Assembly: GCA_009103225.1 (NCBI GenBank)
Contig: RHPI01002438.1
Span: forward strand, 124,001 to 188,000
Reading direction: 5' to 3'
Length of the DNA: 64,000 nucleotides
DNA from: Chlorokybus atmophyticus
Taxonomy: Eukaryota > Plantae > Mesostigma and Chlorokybus algae
Under the pieces are notes generated by a model. It was given only the letters and a program-made list of their open reading frames with translations, made no database searches and had not been told where the DNA came from. Both the position numbers and the translations under genes were made by a program. Positions 1 to 13,493 of the stretch are shown piece by piece (position 1 is the first letter of the stretch; the number at the start of each line of letters is the position of its first letter).

Positions 1-1070
1 CTGGGTATTGTAGAATTGGTGTGTAGCCACAACCTTTGGTACCATTGCTAATACATTGGAGTAGCCAGCTCTGCACACAGGAGCTGCAGATAGTACGTCG
101 TGCACACCACAGCCAACGTACTCCCACACTGATCCACCTTGGTTGTCACCATGCATTGCTGCAAGTCTTTCAGTGAATTGCGGTCAGTAGCATTGCATAG
201 CGCATGTCAATATCAGTCACAGGCGGCTGCATATGCACTGCATCAGCATAAGCGTTAACCTCAACTATGACTGCGGCCACCCAAGGCTGCATCAAATCTG
301 GTTGGTGCTTGTACGGTACACAAACCGATCAATACGACACCACATGCATAATATGCGCATATTATGGAATTCGATTGGTAATAATAATTGAAAACATATA
401 TGTGTAACACACTTTTTGTGTGTGACTTACAAATATGATTAGAGGCTTCAAGTTGGAGCACAATTCTCTCTGATGCATATACAAATTGAAAGTCAGGTCA
501 GTGGTACTTGCATGCGGTTTAGCGTAGAAAGTCCTAGCCCAACTCATGTGTACATCTCAATGAGGAGGCAAAGGCATGGTATGCCTGGCGAGCCTCATAC
601 ATGCAGTAGTAACTAAAATCTGCGAGTCTCAGTCTTTGCAAAATACCAAAGCAATGTTTAGTATATGCAAATGTTCAAAGAGTAACCTTGCTTGGGTTTT
701 GCAACAATTGGAGCAAACGCAGGGATCATCCAATCTGCTAACACTACCCGTCATCCAGACCAACATGAATCTGCGCACTCAGGACAATCTATCCAACACG
801 CAATCACCAACATGCAGCAGTTCAAGCAATCCAAACAGACGTCACATGTAGCTGACTACCAGTACACAAGTCGCTGACACCAAAGCTGGCCTTGTAAAAA
901 GAGCAACCTCGCACTGGCGTATTTCGCTGACCTTAATTGGCCGCAGCACCAAGTATTACGATGCTTGCAGCTGCAACCCCAAACACAATGGGAGGCACAA
1001 CATCTGGTAAGCATGCCTTACAATGGCTAATTAGTCTCTCCATGCTCTATGCTATGGGACGTATGTGCAA

Positions 1071-4000
1071 TCAGCGGTATCTTCCAAGGTCGAAAGTCAG
1101 CGTCTTTGAGCAACTGCACATGGCGCTAGTCAGCATCACGGGGCAACATGTCGACATGCTATATTGCACATCAACACGGCATGCATGGTGCGCACTGCGA
1201 GACATTGCAAGCGGCAATTCTGTGAACCAATTGCAAGAACCATCAAGCCACGTACTTCTGGTCACAATCGCGGTACACGCCAACCAGAGCATCAGCCTTG
1301 TCGTAGAAGTTGTCCTTCAAGGATATGACGACACTCTGAAAGCCTGCACCGTCGTCGTTGCTGTGCGACTTGGTGCGAATGTAGTTTGCAACTTTAGCAA
1401 CATTCTGGTTGTCCAATGCAGCATCAACCTCGTCGAGGACAAAGAACGGGGCTGGCCGGAAACTGTACAAATGTAGCGGCAAGTCAGCTGGCATGACTGA
1501 CAGATGTTCAGACGATCACAATCATGCGACGTTAAAAATTTGTTTTGATGCATGCACTGCGACAGTTGTCAGTAGAATCACACTTTGAGCTGTTGTAAAG
1601 GTCAACTGTGATTGTGGGTCTGCGTGCTGTTTGTTGCGTGTCTGTATATTACATTGACTCATCACCTGTGGATTGCGAATAGCAGTGCCAGAGCAGCAAC
1701 CGTCTTTTCTCCGCCTGAAAGCTGCTCCATGTCTCGAAACCGCTTTGTTGGGGGCATGGCGGTGAATTTGATGCCATGCAGGAACGGTTCATCAGAGTTC
1801 TCAAGGGTGAGGTATGCGGTGCCTCCCATTGGGTGCGTACTGCTTCGCGTCAAGTCTTTGTAGATCTTGTCTATCCTATTGGATACATGCTCAAAGGCAT
1901 CTTTGAAACGCCGATACCTGCAATAAGACTCAGTGTGTGTGTTGCGATACCAACATAGCAAGTGACGCCTACCGCCACCTGCTGTACCTACTACTAACCT
2001 CTCATTGCGTACTGCATTGAACGCATCCACGGCTTCCTTGGCCTCTTTCTTCGCAGCCTCAAACTCTTCAATCGAGGCCTGGCCACTCAGATTTAGCACA
2101 CAGGCATTGCTATCCACCTCTCGTAATTAGCCAAAGCAACATGAAGGCCATCTCCGGCAAACTCATTGACTACTTTAATTATCAATTGTGTCAGTATGAC
2201 CAGACTGCACGGCTTAGTTGCTATATATGCCAACTCTTGGGAGCGACAATAAGCACCTTCTCCTTCTCCTTGATGGCGCCGTACTGGTCGAGAGCCTTCA
2301 GATTTGGGGCTGTCTGATCCGCTTCTGCTTGAAGAGCATCAATGCTTGCCTTGAACTCTGCATCCACCTTCTCGTACTCTGCGGTTGACGGCTCCTGCAG
2401 CCAACAGTTGGCTGTTGATTTTGGCAGAAAGGAAGCAATCCAGGGCTGCATGTAGATGAGTCTGCAAGGCGCTAAACTGCAGGTTTCAAGCACGGTCGTA
2501 CCTGCTGGAACTCAAGATCAAGCCTGGAGTAGTCCAAGCGCAGGGCTTGCACATTGGGATCAGATGTGTCTACGTCCATAGAGTCTCCCGTGTCAAGTGC
2601 AGGAAGCTTGATTTGTTCCATTTCGCAGCTTTCTAGTAGCTCCAACCGTTTGGTTTGCAGTTGCTCCAGATGGTGCTCCTGTGAGCGGAGCAGCCAATAA
2701 ATGAAGCTTAGTCACATTGCGCTCAACTAGAAGCATCCGTTTCTACGGAAGCGTACCTTTGTTGCCATCGACTTCTTGAGCTTGCCAGACTTCAGCGTAT
2801 GCGAGCGTGCGGTCTTGGTGAGATCAGCAATCTTTGCCTCAACCTGGTCAGCTTCGTCCTTGGAACCTGGCAATGGGTAGCCTCCGTTACAACTACAGGA
2901 CAAAGAGATCCAGGCATCCAAACAAGAACATGGAACACTGCCAATGTTTCAATGCTCGACCTTGAGCTTGCTGGTCGAGGGCTTCAATCTCATCAAGTAC
3001 AACTTGCAGCGCTTCTTGCGCCTTTGCTTCTTCCTTTTTTGTTCGCTTGAGGTCATTCTGCAGTTGAGAGATTCTGGTCTCAAGTTGATCAATTGCGCTT
3101 TGGGTGTCCCGTTGCTGCTCATACTCCAATCTGCAGCCAACAATGTCAAACGGGAACATAGTCAGACCGTCCATTACACTGGTGCCACGTTTCATGGGCT
3201 TGGGGGAAGCATGCAATCTGATAACCTCGCAAGGCGCTTACTGGCTTTGAAGTTTAGTTATTTGCCGTTGAAAGTCAAGTCGTTGTTCTGCTGCCTTGCG
3301 ATGCTTGACTGCGTAAGAAGCCTCATACTCTCGGATGTTTGCAACACCAATCTTGGCACACCAGTCGCTGTATATGCGATCCTCAACCTCCGCCATCTTG
3401 TTTTGCAACTTAGTGATAGCAGACTGGGATCGTGCCAAGGACTCTTGCAACTGGACAGCAGTCACAAAGTTGGGTTTGTATCTGTACATTATGCAACTAC
3501 CTCCAGCCAGTTTGCAGTAGCAGTTCATACTCACCTGCTGAACTTCAGGTTGTAAGCGACTCCGTTCAAGCTCAAGGGCTTTCTTTTCCTCCGCTTTCTT
3601 GGCCAACTTCTCAGTGGTGATTTTCTGCAACCCATGACACCATCAGAGCTGCCACACTTGGCAGACAGCGGTCAGGATCAGGAGCAGTTCTGCCATGTGT
3701 ACTTCTGCAATAGTTTAGAGTGACGCATGGCAACCCCAGTGCATGAGTTACCCACCAAGTCAGCCTCTGCGTACTGTACTTTCTTCTCCAAACCTGTGAT
3801 CTCCGTAGCAAACTCCTGTTCCTGTACATGGATGCTGCGCTCACCACGTAACTGTTCAACTTCTTTGGTATAGCGCGCCTTGTTCTTCTTCAAAGCTGGC
3901 ACAGAGTAGTAACGACACATAAGCCTAGGTTTCTGCTTGTCAGTGTGAGGCACTAGTTCAAGCGTCGCCCCAAAAAGTTCTCAATCAAACACCAACGGGA

Positions 4001-7000
4001 ATAAAACACCTTGTTGCACCCACGGCAGTTGTACAAGACCAGATGCCTCATGAAAGTCGTGCAAACAGGAGCATACACAGTGCCCGGACGACGCTTTGTG
4101 TCCGTTAATGTGCAGGTGATGCTCAGTAACACCACCACAATGACCCCACCTTCAACTGCTTGGCTGTCAAATCGGCGAGCATTTGCTTCAATATTGCCAC
4201 TGCTGCCACCTGTCAGGCTGCCGGACTTGCTGATGAGCGTCCCATCCAATGAAACAACTGCAGGCGGGTGACTTGGTTGGGCTGGGTGGCACAGAAGTAT
4301 CTTGCATGCAAGAAGGCATGAACGTACCTTTAAACCTCTCATCATCACCATAGGCCAAACTCTTCGCTTCATCCAAAGTATCACACACCAGCGTATTGCC
4401 ACAAGCATACAGCAATGCCTTCTCGATGGACGGATCATATGTGTGGGTACGGTCAAGGCTACTATACACATGTTTCGCACAGCACTCGCACAAGAAACAA
4501 CCCCAATCACAAGATAGTTATCAAGCAATATGACGACTGCACAAAAAGCAAGCTGATACCAGTAGTGAACTTAGCAGCGTAGTGATGGATATCTCAACAC
4601 ATCAAGGATCAGCTTGGCGCTGCCGCCCAGATTACGCATGCGCTCTTGAACTGGCTTCGTCTCAACTCCATGTAACGGTATGAACGTCATCACGCCTGTT
4701 CGCTGGTCCTTCAAGTACTGTTGGAACAACACATAAGGACAGTTGACCAATGTGTTTGCTAGTGCATGCAGCATACCACAGGCTTACTTGTATGCATTCT
4801 CGTCCGGTCTTCACATCATCCACGACGACAGCATCAATGTTTTTTCCCATGACCACTGCCACCGCAAGGTTGTACCGTCGATGCTGGGGCTTGCAAAGGT
4901 CAATAAGACGACCATGCACGCCAGGGTATAAGCGCTTCATGCTGTCAATGGCTTCAACTGCTCTGTTCTCACGATCATTTTCCCGCTGATCAGCTTTCAG
5001 TTCGCGCAGTTGCAGTTCAATCGCATCGAGCTGGGCCATGATGTGATCCTGACGCGCTCTGTTCACACAGACAGTCCATTACACAAACGCAACGTACGTT
5101 GGTGATCCTCAAACTGTCCTTGCGCAGCCATCACCCCACCTGGATTGCTGAGACTGTAGTGCTAGATCAGTCATCTTTTGTTTCAACTCTGGTAGCTTTT
5201 GCCTCGATTCTTGCAACGCTTTGCCACAGCGCTCACGGCTCGCAGACAGGGAGGTGCTCTCAGAGTCCAGCTGCTGTAAGCGACTGTCCATTTGCTGGAG
5301 TTTCGACTGTAGGCTGCTGAGGCGTTCTTGGTCGCTCTGCTGCTGCCGCTCTGCTTTCAGCTTCTCTTGCTGCAGTTTGAACGTCTTGCCTTGGACTTCC
5401 TGCCGTCTAAGGTAGCACGGCTCAAGTTACACACAAGCAAGACATGCACACACACGCATGCACGCACAACATTGCCAGTTAGCGCTTACACTTACTTGCT
5501 ATTGTATTCATTAAGCTGCTCTTCGCCAAGCTGTACTCTCCCAGCTTGCTGCTCGGACTGTTGCTGGTTGAACAGATCCAGAGCAGCGTTCACATCCTCC
5601 AAGTCCTGCTGCAGCTTTCGTATCTCCCCTTGCTGCGCATCATGCTCAGCCCGTGCTTTGCTCAGTTTCCCAGTCTCCACGCCAATCCTCTTACTTATGT
5701 GCTGCACTTCCTCCTTTGTTTTGACACCTCGCGGTTTCTGCATGGCATAGCAAGTCAGCACAACCAGCATTCGAGGCAGACTGCAGTCGGCAATCGTTGT
5801 GATTGTTGTATGACATTTGCGAATCACAAGTGCCATACAACAATTAAAACAAGTTGTGATACTGCGGAGCCGCTCTGTGTGCCTTCGAACAATGTTGGAA
5901 GCCACATTACCACAATTGCTTACATTCTTCTCGAGCTCAGCCTTCGTAGCAGCAGCTTGCTTCTCAACCAGCAGGGTGTCTTTTGTATGCTTGGCTTGAA
6001 GCTTCTTGTGCTCACGAACCTCGGCCTCAATGGCATCCTGTGCTGATGTCATGGCACTCAACTCAGAACTTTCACGCTCCAGGTCAGCTGCGGTTCGCTC
6101 ACGATCCTTGTCCAGACAGTAGAGCTGCCACAGGTAGTGCTCCGTTTTCTTGGCTTTCTGCGGCAATGGTGCTGAGGCAATTAGTACGATAACCGTACGA
6201 TAAGTAGTTTCATGTGGCATGCTTGAATCAACTTGCGCAGCATATACCAGCTCGTCTTGCAGCGCCAGGTGGCGTTCAGCCTCTTCCTTTTGCTCCTTCT
6301 TCTGCTTCTTCTCGGCGGTCATGCCACGCTTTTTTTGGAACGAGAAAACGGTTCGCTCTTCTGCCTTCAATTTCTTTGCTTCGTACTCCTCATAATCGCT
6401 GCGCAGTTCCTCTGATCCAGAGATAGTCTCCAGCAGCGCGGTCAACTCCTTTGGGCTTTTGGAGGCGATCGACTCAACATCACCCTGCAAAGGCATGTAA
6501 GTAGCATGTTTTCATCTTTCAAGCCGCCCTCCGAATAGAGCAGTAGACACAGCAGTCCTCATTGGCCCAAGCGTTAGTACCTGGAACACAAGGAAGTTTC
6601 TGGCTTTCACAAGCAGCCCAAGTGACCGCATCTGCTCGCTGTAGGCTTCATAGCTGACAACCTTGTTGTCAATCTTGTACTCGCTAGCGCCTGCTGCGGA
6701 AATGGATCTCATGAAATGGAGTTCACGGCCCTGCTCCAACAGATATGCGAGCATGACACTTGCGCGTCTTCTTTCGCGATCCTCGTCGTTCAAGTCAGCC
6801 GAGTAAACAAGATCTTTGAGCTGTGCCCCTCGCAGCTGCATAGAACGCACACCCAGCACAAAGCTGATTGCATCCATCAGGTTGCTTTTGCCAGCTCCAT
6901 TGGGACCAATCACTGCCGTGAAGTCTCGGAATGGCCCAATCACCTGCACATCCAAAATTATAAGTCTGGAAGATCACAATCAGCATACTGCTGAGCGGAA

Positions 7001-7871
7001 GTGTTGCATGTACATGTAAGTTGCAACTTTTGCACCTCTGGTACAGACGCATGCATAGGTTGAATCACGCTAATCTCTATGCTTAACCAACAACAACTCA
7101 CCGCTGCAGTCCAATCAAGCATAGCTGAAATGCAATACTGCGAGGCAAAAGTGCATGTCGACAGCATAAAGTGTGACAAAACGGACGGATTATCAAGAGC
7201 GCCAACCACTGCGCACATGACCCAACATGGTTATGCAAGACAGCAGGAGAGTGCTGTAGCAGTATCCACGTGCAAAGTGCTAGGGTTGATTTGCCAGCCA
7301 ACAGCATTGACTGCTGGGCTGGCGCCGACCAGGCTTATGTTGCATTGGTTGCATGATATTTCTTGCCTCGTAACAAGTCGTGTGCCCACAATCGCAAAAC
7401 CAACGCCGCAACAGCACCAGATTGCTGATAAGACGTGCGTTGGCTTACAGTATATGGCTTGCACGTCCAGGGTGCATGCGAAGTGTGCCAACTCTCCGAC
7501 GCACAACGCAACAGAAAGGCCACCTCATGTCCAAACATATCCGTGTGTGTGGCGTGCATGCTATTCGAACGCAGGCAGCTTCTGTAAACAGCTGCACAAA
7601 AGCTCACTTGGTATGCAGCTGTGCCAAGTGAGCCTGTGTGCACAGCTGTTCACAGCAGCTGCCTGCACTACGCTTGAACTCAAAGCGTAGAGCAGGGACC
7701 TGGTTGGAAATAACGCCCTGGCACACACTGGCCCAAAACCAAACGCCAACTCTTGTGCGCCTCTCCTGCCATATAGCCCACCTGCCGCCCCTTGTAGCTC
7801 TTGAAGTTCTCCACCTCCAGGCGCAGTATGCTGCCTGCCCGCAGCTCTCGCGGAGGCGGCGCCGGAGCCAT
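1071..7871 (-). CDS. SMC1: Structural maintenance of chromosomes protein 1 (cohesin subunit), multi-exon
   Basis: ATG at 7871 ([28 protein letters not shown]). Walker [19 protein letters not shown], hinge [10 protein letters not shown] and [13 protein letters not shown], signature LSGGEKT, Walker B/D-loop [12 protein letters not shown]. Last exon [14 protein letters not shown] with stop at 1071-1073. Exons joined through GT-AG introns plus one AT-AC intron. Confidence 0.97.
4441..4592 (-). other. U12-type (minor spliceosome) AT-AC intron in SMC1
   Basis: Minus strand reads TTGAG|ATATCCATC...AGCCTTGACCGTACCCACAC|ATATGATCCG. The 5' ATATCC, branch motif CCTTGAC about 12 nt from the terminal AC, and restored peptide [18 protein letters not shown] all fit. 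Confidence 0.88.
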
Positions 7872-8013
7872 TTTCCCGCTTACTCTGACCAAGCCAGTTG
7901 CTCCTTGACGCCACCGCCGCCAAGCACTCGGCCGCTCACGTCGCCAACCCCGCCACCGCAAAGGACAACGCAGTCAGGCAAATCAAATCAAACCCGCTTG
8001 CTGTGGCGGGAAA
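7872..8013. promoter_or_regulatory. Two E2F-consensus sites (TTTCCCGC at 7872-7879; GCGGGAAA at 8006-8013) in the SMC1/BUD13 bidirectional promoter
   Basis: Exact matches to TTTSSCGC upstream of a cohesin gene; function is inferred. Confidence 0.55.
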
Positions 8014-8311
8014 GCTGTCCTCAGTTCGCATAGCTGACCGAGTAGGACTGCTGATTACTCAATTACTCAATTTACATTGTCCTGATTATTACAGATTATA
8101 CCGATATCAGTCTATTTCCCCGCCGTTGAAGAATGAGTATCTCGTTGTTGACCGAAAAGCTCGGTTAGACGAGTTAAGTGCTGCGGTTTAGCCGCTGTTA
8201 GTTGGACACTCCAACTTGGTGATGACTGATTGATTGAGGGAGTAGGGTTGGGGTTGGCGGTGGTGTTGGCGAGGGCAGGGGCGGCGGCAGGACGAGGCAG
8301 CGAGGGTAGCG

Positions 8312-10578
8312 ATGAGCTCCTCCAAGGCAGAGTACCTGAAGCGGTACCTTGGTGGTGGTGGAGGGGCGTCAGGCGAAGAGCAGGCGAAGAAGAAGCGCAA
8401 GAAGAAGCCCGTTGTGGCTGCTGCTGCTGCTGGGCGGGCAGGCGGCGTCCTTATTGTTGACGATGACGACGCCTGGAAGAAACCCTTGTCGCCTCCTCCG
8501 CCGTTGCAGGAAGAGGACGACGCCGACGGTGCGTGAATTGCCCTGTGGTCGTGTCACAAGGCTGTCGTTCTTGCTGTTTGATATAAGCAAACTATATGCT
8601 TGAAGCTTGCTTACGCCGTGTTGCCAGTTGATGAATCTGGCGGGATGTGTTTTTTTAATCTTTAGTTGTACAGTAATCAACATGCGTGGCTTTGAAATGA
8701 TGGCGACAGGAGCAACACTCATGTCGAGCGTGTCCATGTGTATTACGCAGTGGTACGCATGCAAGCAAGCAATATGATCAATACGCGTACAATATTGGAT
8801 TTTGAGTTTAGCATGCACAGACCCTATAACTACTGCAGTGATGGCCATGTGCTTGTCAGCGCTCATAATCGGAAAAGCATCCACTGGGTGATGGTCTCCG
8901 CAGCCAATCAAGGTTTCTGTGAGCAGAAGCACCAGCAGTTGAGGAAACGGTGGAAGTGCGTGCTATGAACAGGAGAGCGATGCTGCGTGAGAGGATGGAG
9001 GCAGAAGGCAGTGGCTGGGTTACCCTTTCCACCGATACTGGTACGCCGGTCAGCTCAGCTTGCAAACCATCATGTTGCTGATGCTGGTTCGTACTTAGGA
9101 CGATATTGCCCATCATAGTTGAGTGAGAGTTTACCTTGCCTACCATTGTTTTTGAGTTATTCAGCAGGAAACTGCTCAATCTGAACTTCGGGCTTGTTTG
9201 ATACCACAAGCAGTAATCAGCAATGTCATTCACCTGCAGGGCAAGGTCAGAGTGAGCTTGGGCATAGGGACTTGGACTTGTCACCACCACGCAGCCGCGT
9301 TAAAGCTGAGCAGCCATCCCCCCCAAGACGGCATGAGTCTCCAGATCTATCGCCTCCTCGACGAGCAGGGGGTGCAGATTTATCTCCACAACGCAGGGTA
9401 AAAACAGAGCAACTGTCCCCATCGCGTCCACCTCAAGTCAGCATCAAAAAAGAAGTTCCATCCCCACGAAGACGACTTGATTCTCCTGATCTATCCCCTC
9501 CACGGCGCAAGCACACAGCTGCCCAGGCTGCAGACTTGTCACCGCCGCGCAGGCGGGCTACAACAGGGGCATCTCCAAGGCGCAATGGCAGACACGACTC
9601 CCCTGACTTGTCACCTCCACGGAGACAGCAAGCAGCCAATCACGGGGACTTGTCGCCACCACGCAGGCGGGCGAGGATAGAGCAGTCCCCACCATCGCGT
9701 GCACATCAGGTCAGAGTCAAGGAAGAGCTGGCATCCCCAAAGCACCGTGGACGGCATGACTCGCCTGATCTTTCACCTCCACGGCGAGAAGACACACTCA
9801 GCAAGAAACCGCTGCATATGACGGACGGCACACTGGCAGGGCTGAGGACTGGCAGGGAGTTAAGAGATGAGATTGAGCAAAAGAAGATAGAGGACGCACG
9901 GCGATTTGCAGCAATGGACACAACAAAGAGCGGTCGTGGTGCGGAAACAGTGTATCGAGACAAGCGTGGCAAGCGTCTTGAAGGCTTGACGGAGCTCATG
10001 CGCCAGCAACAGGGTGCAAAACCTACTGATGAAGACAGGCAAACAGAGTGGGGCAAGGGTCTTGCTCAAAAGCAGCAAGCTGAAGCCCGAGCTGCTGACC
10101 TTGCCGCTGAGCGGGCGAAGCCGTTCGCTCGGTATGAAGATGACGCTGATCTGGACAGCATGTTGAAGAGCCGGTCACGTTGGGGCGACCCAATGGCACA
10201 CCTTGTCAAGGGCAATGCAAAGGACAACGGCCTTGAAGACATCAGCAAGGTAAGTTGAAGTGGTGTACAAGTTGCCCGAATGGCATGCTAGGTACTGCGT
10301 GGAAAAATACAAGCGCGTTGGCCCTGATGTTGCTCCTTTTGCAGAAGCATAACCTTGATCTGGAGACCAGTGGTTTTACCATCCCGCAAGATGTTCCGCT
10401 GCACAGCTGGCTAAAGAGGGGTGTGCCTGCACCGCCAAATCGATACAGTATCAGACCCGGGAGGCACTGGGATGGAGTGGATCGCAGCACAGGTTTCGAG
10501 GCCAACTACTTTAAGATAATGAATGAGAAGTCTGCCAGATCGAAGCAGGCATATGAATGGTCCGTGGCGGAGATGTGA
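8312..10578 (+). CDS. BUD13: Pre-mRNA splicing factor BUD13 (RES complex)
   Basis: N-terminus [21 protein letters not shown], many DLSPPRR repeats, and the Bud13 C-terminal domain ([53 protein letters not shown]). Three GT-AG introns. Confidence 0.95.
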
Positions 10579-11644
10579 GCACTTATCCGCACCAGACTCA
10601 AGGGCGATTTGTGGCGCATGGACAGTTGCTTGGCAGTCAGGTAACATGTGATGAAGTGGGTTTACATGACTGTCATCACTTGCAGTCACACAACACCAGT
10701 TCTGACAAGCACTGCATGAAGTCTAAATTGCTGTTTATTGCACAGGGTGGTGTAGGTACTATGTCCCGATTGTTCATTTGGGTCAGTGCACAAGATGAGC
10801 TGTGCAGACGTGCGCGCAAGCAGCACAGCTTCCAGGCGCAGACAGCCCACCAACAGCTGCATGTCAATATGTCAGGAGCCACCGCTGTCATGTAGAGGAA
10901 TACGAGGCTCAACTTTGGCTGCTGTGATGGGCACAGTGCGGACATGCAGAGAACGTCAGCGTATGTAAGAGCGCGCTCACTGAGCAGTCTTGCGCTCAAG
11001 CTCGCCTCGCGCACGACTTCCAAGCACGAATGCGCAGAGGACATCACCCAACAGTTATATGCGTTCTGCTACTTTGCAGACAACTCAAGGAACCAAGCTA
11101 TTGCAAGATAGAGCAATGCTCTTAACGCAGTGCATACCATGCTTAGTCTCATGTGGTTTGTGTCGGTATTGTTGATAGGTTTGCGATGAGTGGATAACCA
11201 CTCAAGTTAGCCACTTGCAAGTTCTGACACATGGGGTGTTTACAGCAAGCATTGTGCACACACCGAGTGATGATATGCATGATTGTGCGGTTGGCGAGCA
11301 TTCGTACCGCAAGGTTGACAAGCAAATTACCACAATTACCACAGATTAGTGTTGGTATACTGCTTTTCAGTGGAAGTAGAGTAGGTGATATGATGTTGGA
11401 GAGTGCAAGCCCGTGAAGCTCGTCATCATCCACCTTCACAAGCGGCAGCACTCTTGCTACTTGATATGTCAAAACTTATAGAGAGAGAACTGACACCGAT
11501 ACTGGTTGTCATGCTTTGAGTAGAAGTGTAATACAGTCAGTAGGCACAACTGCGTGCCTAGCAGCGTTATAAGCGACATTGGCAGCAGCAGCGGCGGCAC
11601 TGGCGGCGGTGTGCTCCAGGTAGCCCGCTTTCTGCCGGGCGGTG

Positions 11645-13493
11645 ATGGCGCCCGTTGCAAGCCAAAGTGGCAGCGCTTTGGACAGAGCGGTCGCGCTCGT
11701 GGACGCGCTCGTGGCGGAGCTGGCTGCGGCAGTAGGAGAGGTCAGTGTGGTGAGTGAGGAAGGCGTGGGAACGTCCATTTTGCGCACAGCTGCTCGACTT
11801 TTACAGACTTAGCTTGCATGCAAGGATAATACTTGTTGCAGTGCATCGTGACGTAATGCGTGGCAATGCTCTTTGGTTCCCAAACACTGCAGGCAGCCAA
11901 TCTAAGCTGGGCATCCTCTGTGTGATGAGCGTGCTCATGAGTTGCATGCTCTTATTATACTGTTGCATACACACTCTCATGCTTATACTACAAGCGACGC
12001 GAACGACACAGGGCTCACACGCTTCCGTACCTGCCATTACACAAGTGCCTGATCCTACTGCTACTGCTCCCCTGCCAACGACGACCGAAGCTGACCCAAC
12101 GCCAAAGCTACCAAGTGAGAGCAAAACTGCCAAGAAAGTGGCTAGCAAGAAGGGCGCAGACAATGTTGCTGCTTCGCAGTCCGGTAAGTTATTAAGGCTG
12201 TCGAGCTGTAGCAAGATTGTTTGACTGCAGTTGTAACTGCATGACCCTTCACAACGGCCTGACGCGAGTTGTCTTATGCAGCGAATGCATCCGCGGATGA
12301 TGACCTGTTCTCAAAGGCGCTCATCAAAGTAAGCTGCGTGATTTTTGTCGCATGCAGCAGTATCGCCAGCTAGCTGGAGTAGGCGTAACCCAGTCGGTTT
12401 GGGCAATTGCAGGTTGGGCGCGTTGCTTCCGTGGAGCCTCATCCTGTCGCTGACAAGCTGTGGCTCCTGAAGGTTGATGTTGGGGAGCCAGAGAAGAGAC
12501 AGGTGTGCGCTGGCCTGCGACATTATGTACCTGCTGGTAGGTAGCCCCACAGCCACTGCACCCATAGCAAGCGGACTGTTTGCTGTAGACAGCGCATGTG
12601 CGTATGCACACTACACACAGAGGCGCTTGCTGGCAAAAGCGCAGACACAAGCATGCGTTGCGCATGCCATGTGGCCAGTTTTCTGTAATGTTTGTTGGTG
12701 CCTTGCAGAGGCACTCTCAGGTGCGCTGGTGTGTTGCGTGTGCAACCTGAAGCCTGCCAAGCTCGCTGGCACCCTCTCTGAAGCGATGATACTTGCAGCA
12801 GAGTCGGAAATTGAAGGCGGAAAGCTGTCTGTGCAGGTAATGCTTGTAGGGCATTCCATTCCTGCGCCTCTTCTGTTGTGAGATAGCCATGCGTTGGCTA
12901 CATCAGTCCTCTAGCGGCAAGGATCATGAGTCTACATTACGTGCAGACTCTCGCACCTCCTGCCGGTGCTTCCCCGGGTGATCAAGTCTTCGTGAAGGTG
13001 CTGTCATTGTGTTGTTGTCGCCATGCATGTGAAGCTTCAAACTTGGCTTTATGCTGTTAGCCTGAGTCATGTGATGTGGTTCAAACATACTATCTGATGC
13101 CAAGCAGGGAGGTCAGCCCAGCACCAGCTACACGAAGCAGCTGAGTTCCAAAGTTTGGGCTCTAGTCGGGCCCCTTCTACAAGTGCAAGGTGAGTGTTGG
13201 CGGGAAGCATGCAAACTCTGTTATCATGTGGGCAGATGGCGGTCTCGTGCTCAGTTGTAATTCGTTTCATGGCTTGTTACTGCTGGCCGGTTGAAGTCAT
13301 TTCTTGTTCGAGTTTGCGCTGCGTTGCAAGCCACTGCGCACACAGATTGCTCTTGCGTATTGCCTGCTGTATTGTCGTAAAGCTGTTTCTTTAACACGTA
13401 GGTGGCAATGCAATATATGCGGGAGCTGAGCTTGTGACGAGTGCGGGAGTCATCACTGTGCCGCATACGCCTGATGGAGCAGCAATCAAGTGA
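11645..13493 (+). CDS. tRNA-binding OB-fold protein (EMAP II/Arc1p/AIMP1 C-terminal-like)
   Basis: Spliced peptide includes VGRVASVEPHPVADKLWLLKVDVGEPEKRQVCAGLRHY, CNLKPAKLAGTLSEAMILAA, LAPPAGASPGDQVF and ends VPHTPDGAAIK* at 13491-13493. Lys/Pro-rich linker upstream. Confidence 0.85.

Noticed and set aside
937-7690. Long plus-strand ORFs (937-1476, 2944-3555, 5546-6046, 7079-7690)
   Set aside because: They are antisense shadows of SMC1 exons and introns with no recognisable domain. The same applies to most other ORF-track entries overlapping called genes.
9280-9790. DLSPPRR tandem peptide repeats
   Set aside because: These are an expected feature of plant BUD13 proteins and are not novel.
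11469-11580. Small minus-strand ORF (MSLITLLGTQLCLL...) divergent from the tRNA-binding gene
   Set aside because: Only implausibly short (37-45 nt) introns extend it, and no family was recognised.
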